Assembly: GCA_964016885.1 (NCBI GenBank)
Contig: OZ024743.1
Location: 97,588,001 to 97,652,000 of the forward strand
Length of the DNA: 64,000 nt
Reading direction: 5' to 3'
DNA from: Eledone cirrhosa
Lineage: Eukaryota
Each line of letters begins with the position of its first letter. Position 1 is the stretch's first letter. The position numbers were made by a program, and so were the translations under genes. The notes under the pieces are model-generated. The model made no database searches, was not told the DNA's origin, and worked only from the letters and a program-made list of their open reading frames with translations. Positions 40,401 through 55,874 of this stretch are shown here, piece by piece.

Positions 40401-41894
40401 TACTAAGATAAAAGTCAGTGTGTGTGTGTGTGAGTGAGAGAGAATGTAGAGGTTTTCAGTGAAGTTAATTACTTCATCAGATTTCATACATTTGTGTATC
40501 ATATCTGATTTGTTAATTGTTAGAACAATGTTTAAAAGTTGATTAAATAATTAGTTGGTTCAATTTCAGACATCTGTATGAAACATACAATGAATATGAC
40601 AACTGAGGCGAAGATATTTGCGAGTAATTAGTGTTCCAGTATAACGATGGTTAACGTTCTATTGAGTCAAATGTATATAATTTTCAACAGGAAGAGAAAA
40701 CATGAAACGTATTGGGGAGCGGAAGACAGGGATAATTAAATCAGAGAAATGGGGAGAAATGGGAGGGGGTAACACTAAATACTAGATTGGACGATACTCC
40801 TCACCTGAAAAAGAATTACCATAGAGATCAGAGAGTGATCCTTGCTGGAACATCCATTCCACTTCAAGGTCCTCCTTTCTCGAGAGAAATGCCCTCCTCC
40901 CGATTTAAAAGAGGTATAAGACTGTACAGGGACCGAAAACACCGCGGGTCTTTATTTTAAACTTGATTTAGAAATTTCTTTTAATCGATACATATCTTCC
41001 TTATTTTCTTATCTTAATCATAATTGCTATTATTTATAATTAATAATTATCAGGATTGTAACCGCTCTTATTGTCATAAATTTTAACTTCCACCTCAGAA
41101 CTGGGATATTTATCATCATCTCCATAAGCGTCATAATCCCCCACATCACTATCATCCTTAGCATCATGATCATCCTCATGCTTCCCATTATTATCAACAC
41201 CCCCATCAACATACACATCGAACTCCCCATTATCATCTCCACCATCATCGTAATCATCATTATCATTATCCGCGCCATCATCATCATCATCATTACCATT
41301 AACTTCATCATGACTATCATCACCGAACATCAAATGATTAGTGAGTAGTGTAAAATCTTTTGTGACTGAATCCTTTGACGAACAATTTCGAATTATTAAA
41401 TGAAAATATGATGTAATGAATTTGAGAGAAGAAATCTGGAATGTTCTCAATTAGTTTTGTCGATATTTATAGATAATGTGTCGCTGAAAAGACGCCAATT
41501 AGAAGCTTTTTGAATATTATACCATTTACATATTTGAGTGTGTGTATATAACGTTTTTTAGATCAGTTACTGTAAGATATACGTTAAAACATATTAATGT
41601 GTGTGTTAACGCTTGACTATGTGTACATGTGTGTGTGCATGCGTGTGTGTGTCCTTCTTTGTACATATATATAACTATGAAACAAGCTAAATACACTATT
41701 CCTATAATGATATTGAATATATATATATAATATATATAATATACCATAAAGAGAGACGTACACAGATATATACATATATGCGTTCAAATCACGAGGGACA
41801 AAAACCTTGTGATTAGAACACATATATGTATATGTCTGTGTTGGTCTCTCTTTATGGTACTATTAAGCTCGGAATATTTCCTGGGCAACTTCGA

Positions 41895-41936
<42 letters not shown>

Positions 41937-41939
41937 TTT

Positions 41940-42046
<107 letters not shown>

Positions 42047-42295
42047 GTATGCATGCATACTTTTCCGTTACTATGCCGCGAGTGTCTTTTACCTCATTTT
42101 CAGGTTAGTCAAAATATTGTGAGTGATAATGTAAGGCAGGAAACTGCGGAAGCTGGTCATATGTAGATTATTTATAGTTGAAAGCCTTGTCGAAAACTGT
42201 GTCACATTGATCCTGCCTATTAAGGACACATAGGACCCTGAAATGCTATAATTAAACGAGATGTTTCAGTTAATCGCATAATTGGAATATTCATC

Positions 42296-43361
42296 GAATA
42301 AATAGTAAAGTACTATATTTTCATAGAACGGTATATAACTATTAGAATGTCCAATAGTAAAGTACTATATTTTCATATAACGGCATATAGCTATTAGAAT
42401 GTCCAATAGTAAAGTACTATATTTTCATATAACGGTATGTCCAATAGTATGTCCAAAACGGCATATAGCTATTAGAATGTCCAATAGTAAAGTATTATAT
42501 TTTCATATAACGTTATATAGCTATTAGAATGTCCAATAGTAAAGTACTATATTTTCATATAACGGTATGTCCAATAGTATGTCCAAAACGGCATATAGCT
42601 ATTAGAATGTCCAATAGTAAAGTACTATATTTTCATATAACGGTATGTCCAATAGTATGTCCAAAACGGCATATAGCTATTAGAATGTCCAATAGTAAAG
42701 TACTATATTTTCATATAACAGTATATAGCTATTAGAATGTCCAATAGTAAAGTACTTTATTTTCATATAACGGTATGTAGCTATTAGAATGTCCAATAGT
42801 AAAGTGTTATATTTTCATATAACGGTATATAGCTATTAGAATGTCCAATAGTAAAGTACTATATTTTCAAAGAACGGTATGTAGCTATTAGAATGTCCAA
42901 TAGTAAAGTACTATATTTTCATATAACGGCATATAGCTATTAGAATGTCCAATAGTAAAGTATTATATTTTCATATAACCATATATAGTTATTAGAATGT
43001 CCAATAGTAAAGTACTATATTTTCATATAACGGTATATAGCTATTAGAATGTCCAATAGCAAAGTACTATATTTTCATAGAACGGTATGTAGCTATTAGA
43101 ATGTCCATTAGTAAAGTACTATATTTTCACATAACGGTATGTAGCTATTAGAATGTCCAATAGTAAAGTACTATATTTTCATATAACGGCATATAGCTAT
43201 TAGAATGTTCAATAGTAAAGTACTATATTTTCATATAACGGCATATAGCTATTAGAATGTCCAATAGTAAAGTACTATATTTTCATATAACGGTATATAG
43301 CTATTAGAATGTCCAATAGTAAAGGACTATATTTTCCTATAACGATATTAGAATGTCCAAT
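42296..43361. repeat. Minisatellite, ~52 bp unit, about 19-20 copies, three expanded to 78 bp
   Basis: Unit CTATTAGAATGTCCAATAGTAAAGTACTATATTTTCATATAACGGTATATAG. Variants contain ATGTCCAATAGTATGTCCAAAACGG. Confidence 0.95.
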
Positions 43362-43399
43362 GCCTGGCTGTAATGAACAAAATAGAAATGATACGGAGG

Positions 43400-43790
43400 T
43401 CAGATCTACCCAGATAAATCGAAATATCATTCTTTAGGACATCAGTTTCGTCAAGGTTTTGTATGAATCAGGTACATGACTCCGAGACAAACACTTTAAA
43501 AGAAATTTGTTGTTGCATCCACTCCAATGATTATGGTTGTACAAAAGATAAATTGGTGTCAACGTATTACAAATCAGAGATTATACGGAAACTTGTCTAA
43601 GATACCAACTACAATTGCTTCAAGGTGATAGACGATTTGAAGGACATTGCTGGAGAAGTAAGCAGAAAGTTACATAAACTACTAATGAGGGAACCAACTA
43701 ACGGGAAATACAGAAGACGAAGACCTTCTCGAAATACCTCTATGCATTTGTTTTACAAGATGCTTAATGAGAAATCGTAAGTTGAAACTG
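43400..43790 (+). mobile_element. Decayed RTE/RTEX-like LINE 3' fragment
   Basis: Broken translation INWCQRITNQRLYGNLSKI...RFEGHCWRSK...KLLMREPTNGKYRRRRP. Confidence 0.55.
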
Positions 43791-44180
43791 ATATTGTTAT
43801 ATTTGGCCAATGTTGCCAGTATTGCCAATAAACTCGGCACACACCATATGCTTTCCCCTTTTCCCCTTTATATTTGTTACTGATTATTCGTTAGTTCGTC
43901 AAAGTTCTTTTGATACACTTTATGAGACCTCGTCAATGACTATCGATTCTCTTTTCTGAATACACTTCTTTCTGGTCTCAATCAGTTATTCTTGACTTTT
44001 GTTTTATCAACGGATTAGCTGGAGTAACAGATTAAGACCAGAAAGAAGAGCAGGAACAAAGTGGGTGATAAACACTTTGACGAACAATAAAGATAAAGTA
44101 ACAAAGTGAAAACTATATGGTGCGTGTGTTTCATTTTATTGGCAACACTGGCAACATGACTATCCCCATATATAACAACA
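43790..44180. mobile_element. Old family J/K-related inverted pair with a decayed hammerhead on - (~43897-43942)
   Basis: Minus strand gtca TTGACGA ggtctca..gtgtatc AAAA gaac TT tgac aligns with the 17099 motif. Confidence 0.55.
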
Positions 44181-44299
44181 CATATATATATATAGACACA
44201 TATACATATATATATATATATATAGTAATAATAAAAATGTGAAGACTAAAATCCAAAGAGGGCTCGATAAGGACAAATATATATATATATATATATATA

Positions 44300-44490
44300 T
44301 AGAACGTGAATAACACAATATATAACTACTTTATTACCAAAGGTTTCTGGGTCCTAGACAATATTAATATACGTCTGGATCGTTCATCAGAAATCTCTGT
44401 CTGATGAACTATCTACACGTATATTAATATTGTCTAGGACCCAGAAACCTTTGCTAATGGAGTAGTTATATATTGTGAGTTCACGTTCTA
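44300..44490. mobile_element. Family G fold-back with hammerhead folds on both strands (+ 44395-44462, - 44329-44396)
   Basis: ctctgt CTGATGA ... GAAA cc-ttt-gc TA atggag. The minus copy has GAAA CC-ttt-GG TA. Confidence 0.8.
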
Positions 44491-44555
44491 ATTAAATCGC
44501 TCTGTTCTATACATAGAGCACTCTTTTTCCTTTGCTTTTCCTTTGGAATTACCTA

Positions 44556-44601
<46 letters not shown>

Positions 44602-44956
44602 TGTTATACTTTGGGAGGGTCATGTTGCTAAACAAATTCAGAAACGAAATATATATATTTATATATATAAAATTGTATAGGTATGCATAGGGTTGCTGAT
44701 ATACTTTCATATATACGTCTGTACATGTATATGTGTTTTGGTTGAAACACGGTTCTAAATATTGGAACATTAGATGTCAATTTAAACAACTCCGGTATAA
44801 TATTTTAGAATATGTGCTGCCGTAGTTAGTACATTCCGCCATAATATTAGTATTGTTTTATAGAATCTTGAACGAGAGAAGATAAATCATGTCAGATTAT
44901 CTAATGTTTCTTTTAATGTTTATAGCTTTATGAGCATAACTATGATATATATATAT

Positions 44957-45210
44957 TATAAATGTAAGCTATCGCCGTATTTTGACTAAAGAAATTAAAG
45001 AAATTATTTAGCCTGATAGTGGGGTTAAGAACCCTCGGAGAAATGGAAAAAGATGAGTATTGACGTCAATACTCATCTTTTTCCATTTCTCCGAGGGTTC
45101 TTAACCCCACTATCAGGCTAAATAATTTCTTTAATTTCTTTAGTCAAAATACGGCGATAGCTTATATTTATAATTTCAAACTCGCTCGCTGTTTCGAAAA
45201 TATTCTTATT
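44957..45210. mobile_element. Family D spacer-less palindrome (~108 bp arms)
   Basis: Centre gtattgac|gtcaatac at 45064/45065. Confidence 0.85.
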
Positions 45211-45914
45211 TCATATATATATATATATAAATGTGTGTTTGTGTGTGTGTTTGAGTGTGTGAGTGGATTGCGTGGGTGGGCGTAAATATTTACACATACA
45301 AGTGTGGGTACGTGTGTGCACGAATGTGTGTACGTATGTGCGCATGCTGTTTGGGTGTACGCTTGTTTATCTGTGCCTAGGTATACTTTTGAATGTATAG
45401 GTACGCTATGTATAGATATGCTTGTTTAGATCAGAGAACTGAAAATAAACTATAAGTACCTACTTATTACACATCGTTTATATGATAAAGCTAACCATAA
45501 GCTTCCTAGTTAACAAACTCACTCAGACGTTTGTTAGCAATTTTCTTTCGTCGTCTCTTATCTATACGGCTTCTCGTCTAAAACAACCAGAAAACTAAAA
45601 TGTGATAAACTATAAAGAGACACATTTACCTAACGTTTATTTTGTCATTATGTGTTGTTTTGTGCTAACGAAGACTTTCTCTTATTACAAAAGACTTATA
45701 TAATATTCATATAGTTGAGAGACATTCAATTTACTACAAAGCCTTTCTATATTGATTTTGTTACTGTTTTAAGTTGTATTTTATGTTATAAGCTTGCCTT
45801 CCGATTCGTACTTTTTGTTCTTGTTTAAAATAACCGAACATAAAACCAAAACCAAATACCAGTTCATAGAAGGAAGTATGTCACATGGTAACACCAATAT
45901 GAAATGAATATAAG

Positions 45915-46585
<671 letters not shown>

Positions 46586-47018
46586 CAGGAATAGTATAGT
46601 TGGCGTTAATAATTATATATTTTAGTCCGGTAGCTTTTTTTTTGTAAAATTCCTATACAGGTGCAAGGCACCATAGCAGGTTATGTGTAATTAACATACA
46701 TCAAACAGCAAATCATTCTACACAGATTTCTATCGATAAAAGCGAATTAAACAATGAACAAGAAGTTTTTTCATACCTTTCACGTTTCATTTTAATTTTT
46801 TTGCTTTTTGTTGTCATTTTTTCAGTGTAATTTATTCTGTGTTGTTCTTTATAAATAGATTACATGAAGATATAAATGACATAAAACTTCATATGTATAT
46901 ATCATACTACACCTCCATATTTATCCAGGTTATCTCTACATTCTGTTTTTCTCTAATGCTTTCTCTTCTCACCCTTTCCTAGATGTTGGTATTTTTATAA
47001 CAAATATGATTTGATATA

Positions 47019-47117
<99 letters not shown>

Positions 47118-47931
47118 AGTAAACAGAAATAACAACACAATCAGTACAGTATATGGAAGGGATATATTAGGTTAACGCTTGATATAGCAGGAGAGGGTCT
47201 TAACGTTTGGACAATTGGAAAAAAATGTCTTTAGATAAAAATAACAGGTCCATTCATGTTGACATCTCTTATATAAATATATATATATTTACAAGTGAAG
47301 TCATTCTTTTCCTTTTATATATATATATATAATAAAGTAACGAGCCAGAACATATATAATCAAGGTTTATTAACCTGCCATAGAACCACATTGGCATTTG
47401 TTTGGATAATACATGTGTCCCTATATGTTTTTTGCGTGTAGGAATATATACTTTATTATTATTAATCTCCCCCTGGTCGAGATAAAATTTGGTCGATTTG
47501 ACTGCTGCTATTTCTAGTGGTAGTGGATTGACCTCCCTGCCTCCGCCTTCTATCTTTGCACACGGCACTAGACAGAATTGCTTCCACATCATTCATTCTC
47601 ATCTCGGGAACAATTTTGAAAAGCGCCAGTTCGATTCGAACTCGGGAATTTTATATTCTCCGAGTGAAAAGAATCTTCTGACGAGAGTTTATCTTTTCAA
47701 TGGAGGCCCGCAAGGACTATCCATTTATTTTTGAAACTCGAAACCGTTCAGTAAAGGTAAACATAGTAGGTACAGTGAATTTTTTGAAATTTATTTTAAA
47801 ACTTTTTCTTATTTGCTAAACCTTGATTATATATATATATAGGAACGAGTAGGACCCCGACGGCTGAGCTCAAGCCGTTTCGACGGCTAATTCTGGACTA
47901 AAATAAGAAAAAGTTTTAAAATAAATTTCAA

Positions 47932-47973
<42 letters not shown>

Positions 47974-47980
47974 TAATATT

Positions 47981-48324
47981 ATCTATCGGTGGCAACTCCA
48001 GGTAGAAGGAGCAACGTGAAATAAATTGTCTATGCTCAAGGACATAACGCATCACCCGGCCCGGGAATCGGACAGACAACCTCACGATTCCGAATCCAAT
48101 TCTACAACCATTCAGCCACACGTTATATATATATATATATGTGTGTGTGCGCGTGTGTGTGTGGCGGGGGTGAAGGCGTGTGGCTGAATGGTTGTAGAAT
48201 TGGATTCGGAATCGTGAGGTTGTCTGTTCGATTCCCGGGCCGGGTGATGCGTTATGTCCTTGAGCAAGACACTTTATTTCACATTGCTCCTTCTACCTGG
48301 AGTTGCGACCGATAGATAATATTA

Positions 48325-48328
<4 letters not shown>
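47981..48328. mobile_element. Head-to-head inverted pair of CORE-like tRNA SINEs
   Basis: 47981-48124 (-) and 48172-48328 (+) are near identical. A-box TGGCTGAATGG, B-box GTTCGATTCCC. Both 3' ends run into (TA)n. Confidence 0.85.
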
Positions 48329-48386
<58 letters not shown>

Positions 48387-48389
48387 ATG

Positions 48390-48710
<321 letters not shown>

Positions 48711-48754
48711 TGACGAAACATAAGTCAATTGCATGAACTCATAATCCTTTATTT

Positions 48755-48810
48755 ACTGCTATATATATTTCGATGATAGCCATTGAGTGGCTATGACCTC
48801 ATCAGGCAGT
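48755..48810 (-). ncRNA. Type I hammerhead ribozyme fold (solo, another family)
   Basis: ACTGC CTGATGA GGTcATAGCCA-ctcaa-TGGCTATcATC GAAA tatata TA GCAGT. Canonical core, G10.1-C11.1 pair, 5-bp stem I. Confidence 0.8.
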
Positions 48811-48870
48811 TAGTCAGTTCTTAGATATGCCAGCTCTGTGTTTATGGTGTTGATTGTATGTCTTGGGACA

Positions 48871-48904
<34 letters not shown>

Positions 48905-49435
48905 CACATACATACATATATATATGTGTGTGTGTGTGTGAAGGCGTATATATATATATATATATATTTATAGGAAAAAGTATGACTTCGACGGCAGAGC
49001 TCAAGCCGTTCTAATTTAGTCCAGAAATAGCCGTCGAAACGGCTTGAGCTCTGCCGTCGGGGTCATACTTTTTTCCTATTTCCCACTCTACTACCCTAAG
49101 TATTGAGTACTCTGGTGCGTTATGGTCCATCTGGTTCCTTACCACAATTCCTTTGTTATATATATATATATATATATTCACACACACACTATCGGCAAAT
49201 TGGCAGAATCGTTAAGACCCTACCGGGGTCAACTTTTCCTTTCATCCTTTCGAGGTCGATAAAAAAGTACCAGTCCTGTACTGGGACTGATTCTTCCCCT
49301 ATACAAAAAATCCACTGTGTTCAGACCTGGAAGGGGTTGGACTCTGCCAGGTTTAAAAATTGTGTCCTCGACACGCCATTTGACGATGCTTCTACGACTA
49401 CACCTGGAGTTATATGATCTTTATCATTTTATCCT

Positions 49436-49490
<55 letters not shown>

Positions 49491-50603
49491 ATGTATCTGT
49501 GTGTGTGGGTGGGTGTGTGTGGGTCTGTTCATGGGTGTGTCTACGTGCGTATGTATGTATTTATGGTACTTCACGAGAACTGATTTCCCATTGATGGATA
49601 TGTGTATTCATACAAGACAGTAAGTGTATTTATCTCACTCGAGAGGATGACAAATGTTTCTAAATATTTGTTAATTATTGAGATTTACAGAACGGAAAAC
49701 AGTGAATAGTTAATGGTTTTCTTTTAATTTTTATCTGACACTTATTAGCATAATTCTCTGATTAACATGCTATCTCTAGTTATTTATGTTCTTATTTTGT
49801 TTTATATTACTGATGCCGTTTGTTTATCATACGTTCTTTTTTTATTTTTATGGTTGTGCCCAGTGATATGTTTATGTGAATTCTCTAACTGTAAAACTCT
49901 TGTGTCGTTCCTGTAATCTTTTCCTATGCAATAATAGAATTAGTTTGTTGTTTTAACCCGTTCACATGAATTTGGAGTGGATACTATACTTCACGTCACT
50001 AATAAATCCGGTTAATATATCTAGCTAATATCAAGCAAAGGACTCACATGTGGACGGTACTAATTCCGACATAATATAGTGTTAATATGTAGAAACCGAT
50101 ATGGAAGACGGTAAAGGGTGTCGGATTAAACTGATTTACAATATGTAGCTCGATAATTGTATGTTCTGAGCAAAAACCCCACTAATGTTCGTGTTGATTT
50201 TCAGCTCCCTGAAATCAATAGATGCTAAACAGGATCGACTCCATCTATTGGAACTTTATCTATTCTCTATATAAGCCAACGTTAGTAAGAATGCTAACCC
50301 TAATATTTTACCACGTAACAGATAAATCTTTTGAACTTGAAGAAATTTCCCTCAAATAATCGATATCCGTCTTAGAAAAGATACTGAGTACAGGATATTT
50401 GTTGGTGAAGGCAGAGATAAATGCTTAAAAATGTACCTCTCAATAATAAAGTCCTGGGTTAAATCTCATGGATTGACGCAATTCTGGTGAGGGAAACTGG
50501 GTAGACGGACGGACATATGTTGACCCGCTGGTATGGTAAAGATCTATATCATGTATCGTGGGCTGCTCAGTTATCTCGTTGAAAGATACATACACACTCA
50601 CAG

Positions 50604-50721
<118 letters not shown>

Positions 50722-51596
50722 GTGTTAAACATTATTCAATGATTATGTCAAAGAGTGAATTTTACAGTAGATTGGAAGCATTAAATCTTAACCATTTAAC
50801 ATCTCAGGGTATGTCATGTATCATTATATTTTGTCTGATACATATCCGAAATATGTATAATAAAATGTAATTGATTAAAAGAACATCTATTTTATTAATA
50901 TTTATATTTTAATATATATATATATATATGAAAATGTTCATGACACCGACGGCAGAGCTCAAGCCGTTTCGACAGCTATTTCTGAGTCCAGAAATAGCCG
51001 AAACGGCTTGAGCTCTGCCGTCGGGGTCTTGAACATTTTTTTATTACTCATTCTACTACCTTAAGTATTGAGTACTCTGGTGCGTTATGGTCCGCCTGGT
51101 ATCTTACCACACTTCCTTCGTTATATATATTATATATATATATATATATATGAAAAATGGCGTGCTGCGTGGTTGCACAAGGGTTACATATGAATAAAAT
51201 TAGTCCTTCAGCAGTGATCTTCCATCCTTCGTTGTTATTTCTTTGCTTTAAAGATCATATACCTCTGGTTGGTGCGAGCAATAACTAAAGAAAGTTATTG
51301 GGACACGTAAAATAGGGTGAAGCGACCGAGACATGTAAACAAACAAAGATGGTAATGCAACGGAAAGATAGGAAGAGGGAAAAACAAGTCCGTGATATCT
51401 GTGAACTTAAGTTCTATGAAAGCATAGACGAGGAGAGATACAGACCATCCGACCTGTGTGAGATGTGAGCGAGAAAAGGATTTCACACAGGTCAAACGAG
51501 AGGAAGTGAGAGAGGGGAGAAGCAGAGAGTGAGTGAGTGAAAGTGTGAGGAAGAGGCCAGCGGAGAGAGAGTGACTGGCAGAGGGGATATATATAG

Positions 51597-51697
<101 letters not shown>

Positions 51698-52038
51698 CGT
51701 TGCCTAACACCTATTTGTATACAATTACGATAGCAAAAGATGAATTTTTGCTATCAAAACATAAATGATCACTATAATCATATCTAACCCTGCTTTTCTA
51801 AGTCTAGAGTATTAAGTTGATAATGGTTTTAAAAGACTTAACAAATAAATTCTCAGCCATACATACTTATATATATTTTTTTTTTTGTACACAAGCTGAG
51901 CCGGTTGAGTATTATTGTCAGATTAAAATGCCTCGATATTTGTTCCACCGCACTGCGCTCTGAGTTCAAATCTTATCCTAGTTCACTCTTTCGGGGTCGA
52001 TTAATAAATTTCGCAGACCAATACTGGAGTTGTCTCTT

Positions 52039-52071
<33 letters not shown>

Positions 52072-54043
52072 GCTCTCTCTCTCTATATATATATTTCTCT
52101 CTCTCTCTCCCTCTCTCTCTAGCTCCCACTCTCTCTCTGTTTATCTCTATCTATATATCTATATTACTTGCTCTGGAAGAAATCGAGTATGTCCCAACCT
52201 CGAGAGAGATGTGATACGCCTGGTTTAAAATGCCTGTGGTATGCTGTGTGACAGAGCGGCACTCATAACACTCCATATGTCTATATTTAAATATATATAT
52301 ATATATAATGTGTATGTGTGCGTGTGCACGCGCGCGTGTGTGTATGTGTATGTGTATGCGTGTGTTTTGTGTCTTTCTCGAGTTTGTTCTTCCAGATATA
52401 TTTCCTGTTAATAAATAAGCCTATTGTAATATGCTAAAGTAAAATTTAGATTTAGATTAACCGGTAGAAGCAATCTCTAGCGATCACGAATATACACATT
52501 TCTATGAAAGATAACATTTTGATAAAAATAAAAATGTACCATCTTTGGGGGAAAAGATAAAACTTAAAAAAAAAAATACACAATCCATCGTTTCTAAGTA
52601 ATTCGGATCTTTCGGTTAGCTTACATACGTTAAGTAAAACTTTGTTTGCCAAATGTAAATAAATATAGAGCTGAGCTGGCTTGAAACTATGTAGGTAATC
52701 TTTTGTTTTTATACATTTACTTATTAATATATATACTTTTCTTCCTTTGTTGTCTCCTCTTCCTTGCTCCTCGTTTACCATGTCTTTCTTTCCTTATTCT
52801 TGCTCATTTCCTTCCTACGGCCTTTCTTTGGCGCTCACTTTACTCTATATTTCAATTAATCGCATCTTTCTTTCCTATTCCGTTTTATTTATATGTACTT
52901 TCCGTTTATGACATTCTCAACTATTTTTCTTCACCTGGTTTTTTTTTCTTTATTTGTAAGCTGACATTTTTTTGTTTTTACCTTTCATTTTCATTCTATT
53001 TTCGTTTACTACTTCCTAGTATTCTAAATATTCTTTCTCTCCTATTTCTCATTTTCGTACTATTTAACTTCCGTTCGATAAAACTCATGTACCCTACATT
53101 ATATCCGATTCGAATTCTAAATATTTGCTCTCAAATGTATTCCAAACATTGCACATAGAGACTGTGTTTTCTAAATGTCCTTTGTAACACAAGGGACCCT
53201 GAAAATGTCGAAATATTGGAGATAAATTAGGCGAGATGATGAGGATTTCGACTATAACAACATATCGACCGCAGTCATATGGCCGAGACAGTTAATTAAA
53301 TATACAATGGTCATGAATCTTAACCGGTTTTTAAGAATGCGATTTTGAACATTCAGTCAGTATATATATATTTTTGTAAAATGAAAATAAATGTGGTAAG
53401 GTACCAGGTGGACCTTTTCCACAAGAAGCCCTATCACTTAATGTAATGGAGAAAACACTAAGCCATACTGTTATGAGTCTTTTCACGAGTTTCTTGTCTC
53501 CATAGACCCTGCTGTTCTGCCTTCTCCAACACATCGACGAATATGGACAAGTTTTTAAATATCTTGAACATACAAGCTTTTATATACCGTTTGTCACTGG
53601 GGAATCAATTGACCGCGTAAAATGTGGGTCCAATGTTCACGTGTTAAATATATGACAAGTTTATTTCTACTGAAAAGTGGACTACTGCTGAACTGTGTTA
53701 ACTACTGCTGGTAATATATTATACGTCTAATTAACACAACGACATAAAACAGGTTTAAACCCAAGCTCTAGAGACATCCGGAAGTTTGAAATGCTTAAGA
53801 AATTCACCTGTGATATTAGTAGAAATGTATAGATATTAGCAACAACTGCTGCATCCCGCTTCATTACAAAACCTGAAGTTAACAGTCGTTCATAATGGAT
53901 CATGTATATATATATAGCTGTCGAAACGGCTTGAGCTCTGCCGTCGGGGTTCTTACTCTTTTCCTATTACCCATTCTACTACCCAAAGTATCGAGTACTC
54001 TGGTGCGTTATGGTCCACCTGGTACCTTACCACACTTCCTTCG

Positions 54044-54090
<47 letters not shown>

Positions 54091-54141
54091 AAGAGTATTC
54101 TCAACCTCTAACTGAATTACCTATAATGACAATTTCTTGTC

Positions 54142-54266
<125 letters not shown>

Positions 54267-54267
54267 A

Positions 54268-55045
54268 ATATAATTTCAGCGAGAATCGTATTGCTGCAGG
54301 GTCGAAAACAAGCGAAACGCAATATCCGAGTTATGCTGGCAAGCGCTCCATGGACCAAAAGGGACCAGACCAATAAACATAGGTTATAAAGGCCAAACAA
54401 ACTGAGATGGCGGTCAAGAAGCCATCAACCACCTAAGCCAAAAAGACGAGGCAAGCCAAGCAAGTCAAACAAAATAATTGAATATTTCCCCCAGACCCTT
54501 GGAAATGATGGTATAATGCAGTACAGGGTTTCTGCGACACCTAAATAAATTATACTGCCTGCATAAAATAATAAACTTTGGGTATAATGATCGTACAAGG
54601 CTGTCACTTCGTCTACAGGTATTTGGTTCTACGCCAGCGTTCAGAATCACACAGTGTTATGTAGTGGTAAAACCACGTGTATAACTCTTCAAGGGAGAAA
54701 ACTCCAGATTTTTGGCATATGAATTCAGTATGTGTAAAATTAATGCAATAAATGCAAAAACTGCACAAATCGAATTAAGTTCTCAACCGGGTATTTTTTA
54801 AAGTAAACTTAAGCAATTAATCAGTCAATAGAATTATCTAAAAAAAATTAACTCGTTAATTGCTAGACCCGGGAGATTAATAGAAATATAATTTCAGCGA
54901 GATTCGTATTTCGGCTATGGTCGAAAAGAAGCGAAACGCAATATCCGAGTGATGCTGGCAAGCGTTCCATACACCAAAGCAATAAACATAGGTTATAAAG
55001 GCCAAACAAACGGTCGAGGCAAGCTAAATATGTCAAACAAAATAA
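54268..55045. repeat. Family N direct repeat (54268-54480 and 54885-55045) bracketing ~400 bp
   Basis: aatttcagcgaga..tcgtatt...gcgaaacgcaatatccgagt.atgctggcaagcg occurs twice. (TA)n at both outer ends. Confidence 0.75.
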
Positions 55046-55049
55046 ATGA

Positions 55050-55100
<51 letters not shown>

Positions 55101-55161
55101 GTAGAACACTGGAAGGTAATATCTGTAGTGGTAGAGCACTCAGTCCAAAGGACGAGTTAGG

Positions 55162-55477
<316 letters not shown>

Positions 55478-55874
55478 AGGGAGTGTAACGCGAAGTTACT
55501 GTAGGTTCAGCCGGGTGAGCACTTTTTTTCCGAACTAATGAAATTTATAAAAGTTAAGCAAATAGAATCAGATACAAAATTCCAAATTAATAAAATCTAC
55601 AAAATTAAGATATTGGTTCATCCAAAACACATCATCTCATAATTGTTTCTACTTTTGGCACAAGGCCAGCAATTATACCAGTGTATTACTGGTAATTTAT
55701 TTTATCGACCCCGTAAGGATGAAAGGTAAAGTTAACCTCGGCGGGATAATGGTAAATCATCAATAATATCGTCCGTAATGTTGCACCCCTCCCAGAAAGA
55801 GGAAACGATGAGCCGCTGATGTTTAGGTTCACGTCAGTAGCGAGGTTATAAGCTAGAGAGAGTGTAATATAATA

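Noticed and set aside
40442-40486. Minus-strand CTGATGA agt...act GAAA hammerhead-like motif
   Set aside because: Stems I and III pair poorly. May be chance or heavily decayed.
41040-41450. Asp-rich 136-aa ORF
   Set aside because: Built on a degenerate (GAT)n tract, has a non-ATG start and no convincing splice context. It cannot be fully excluded as an exon.
42529-42735. ORF with a 26-aa repeat
   Set aside because: Translation of the 78-bp minisatellite variant units.
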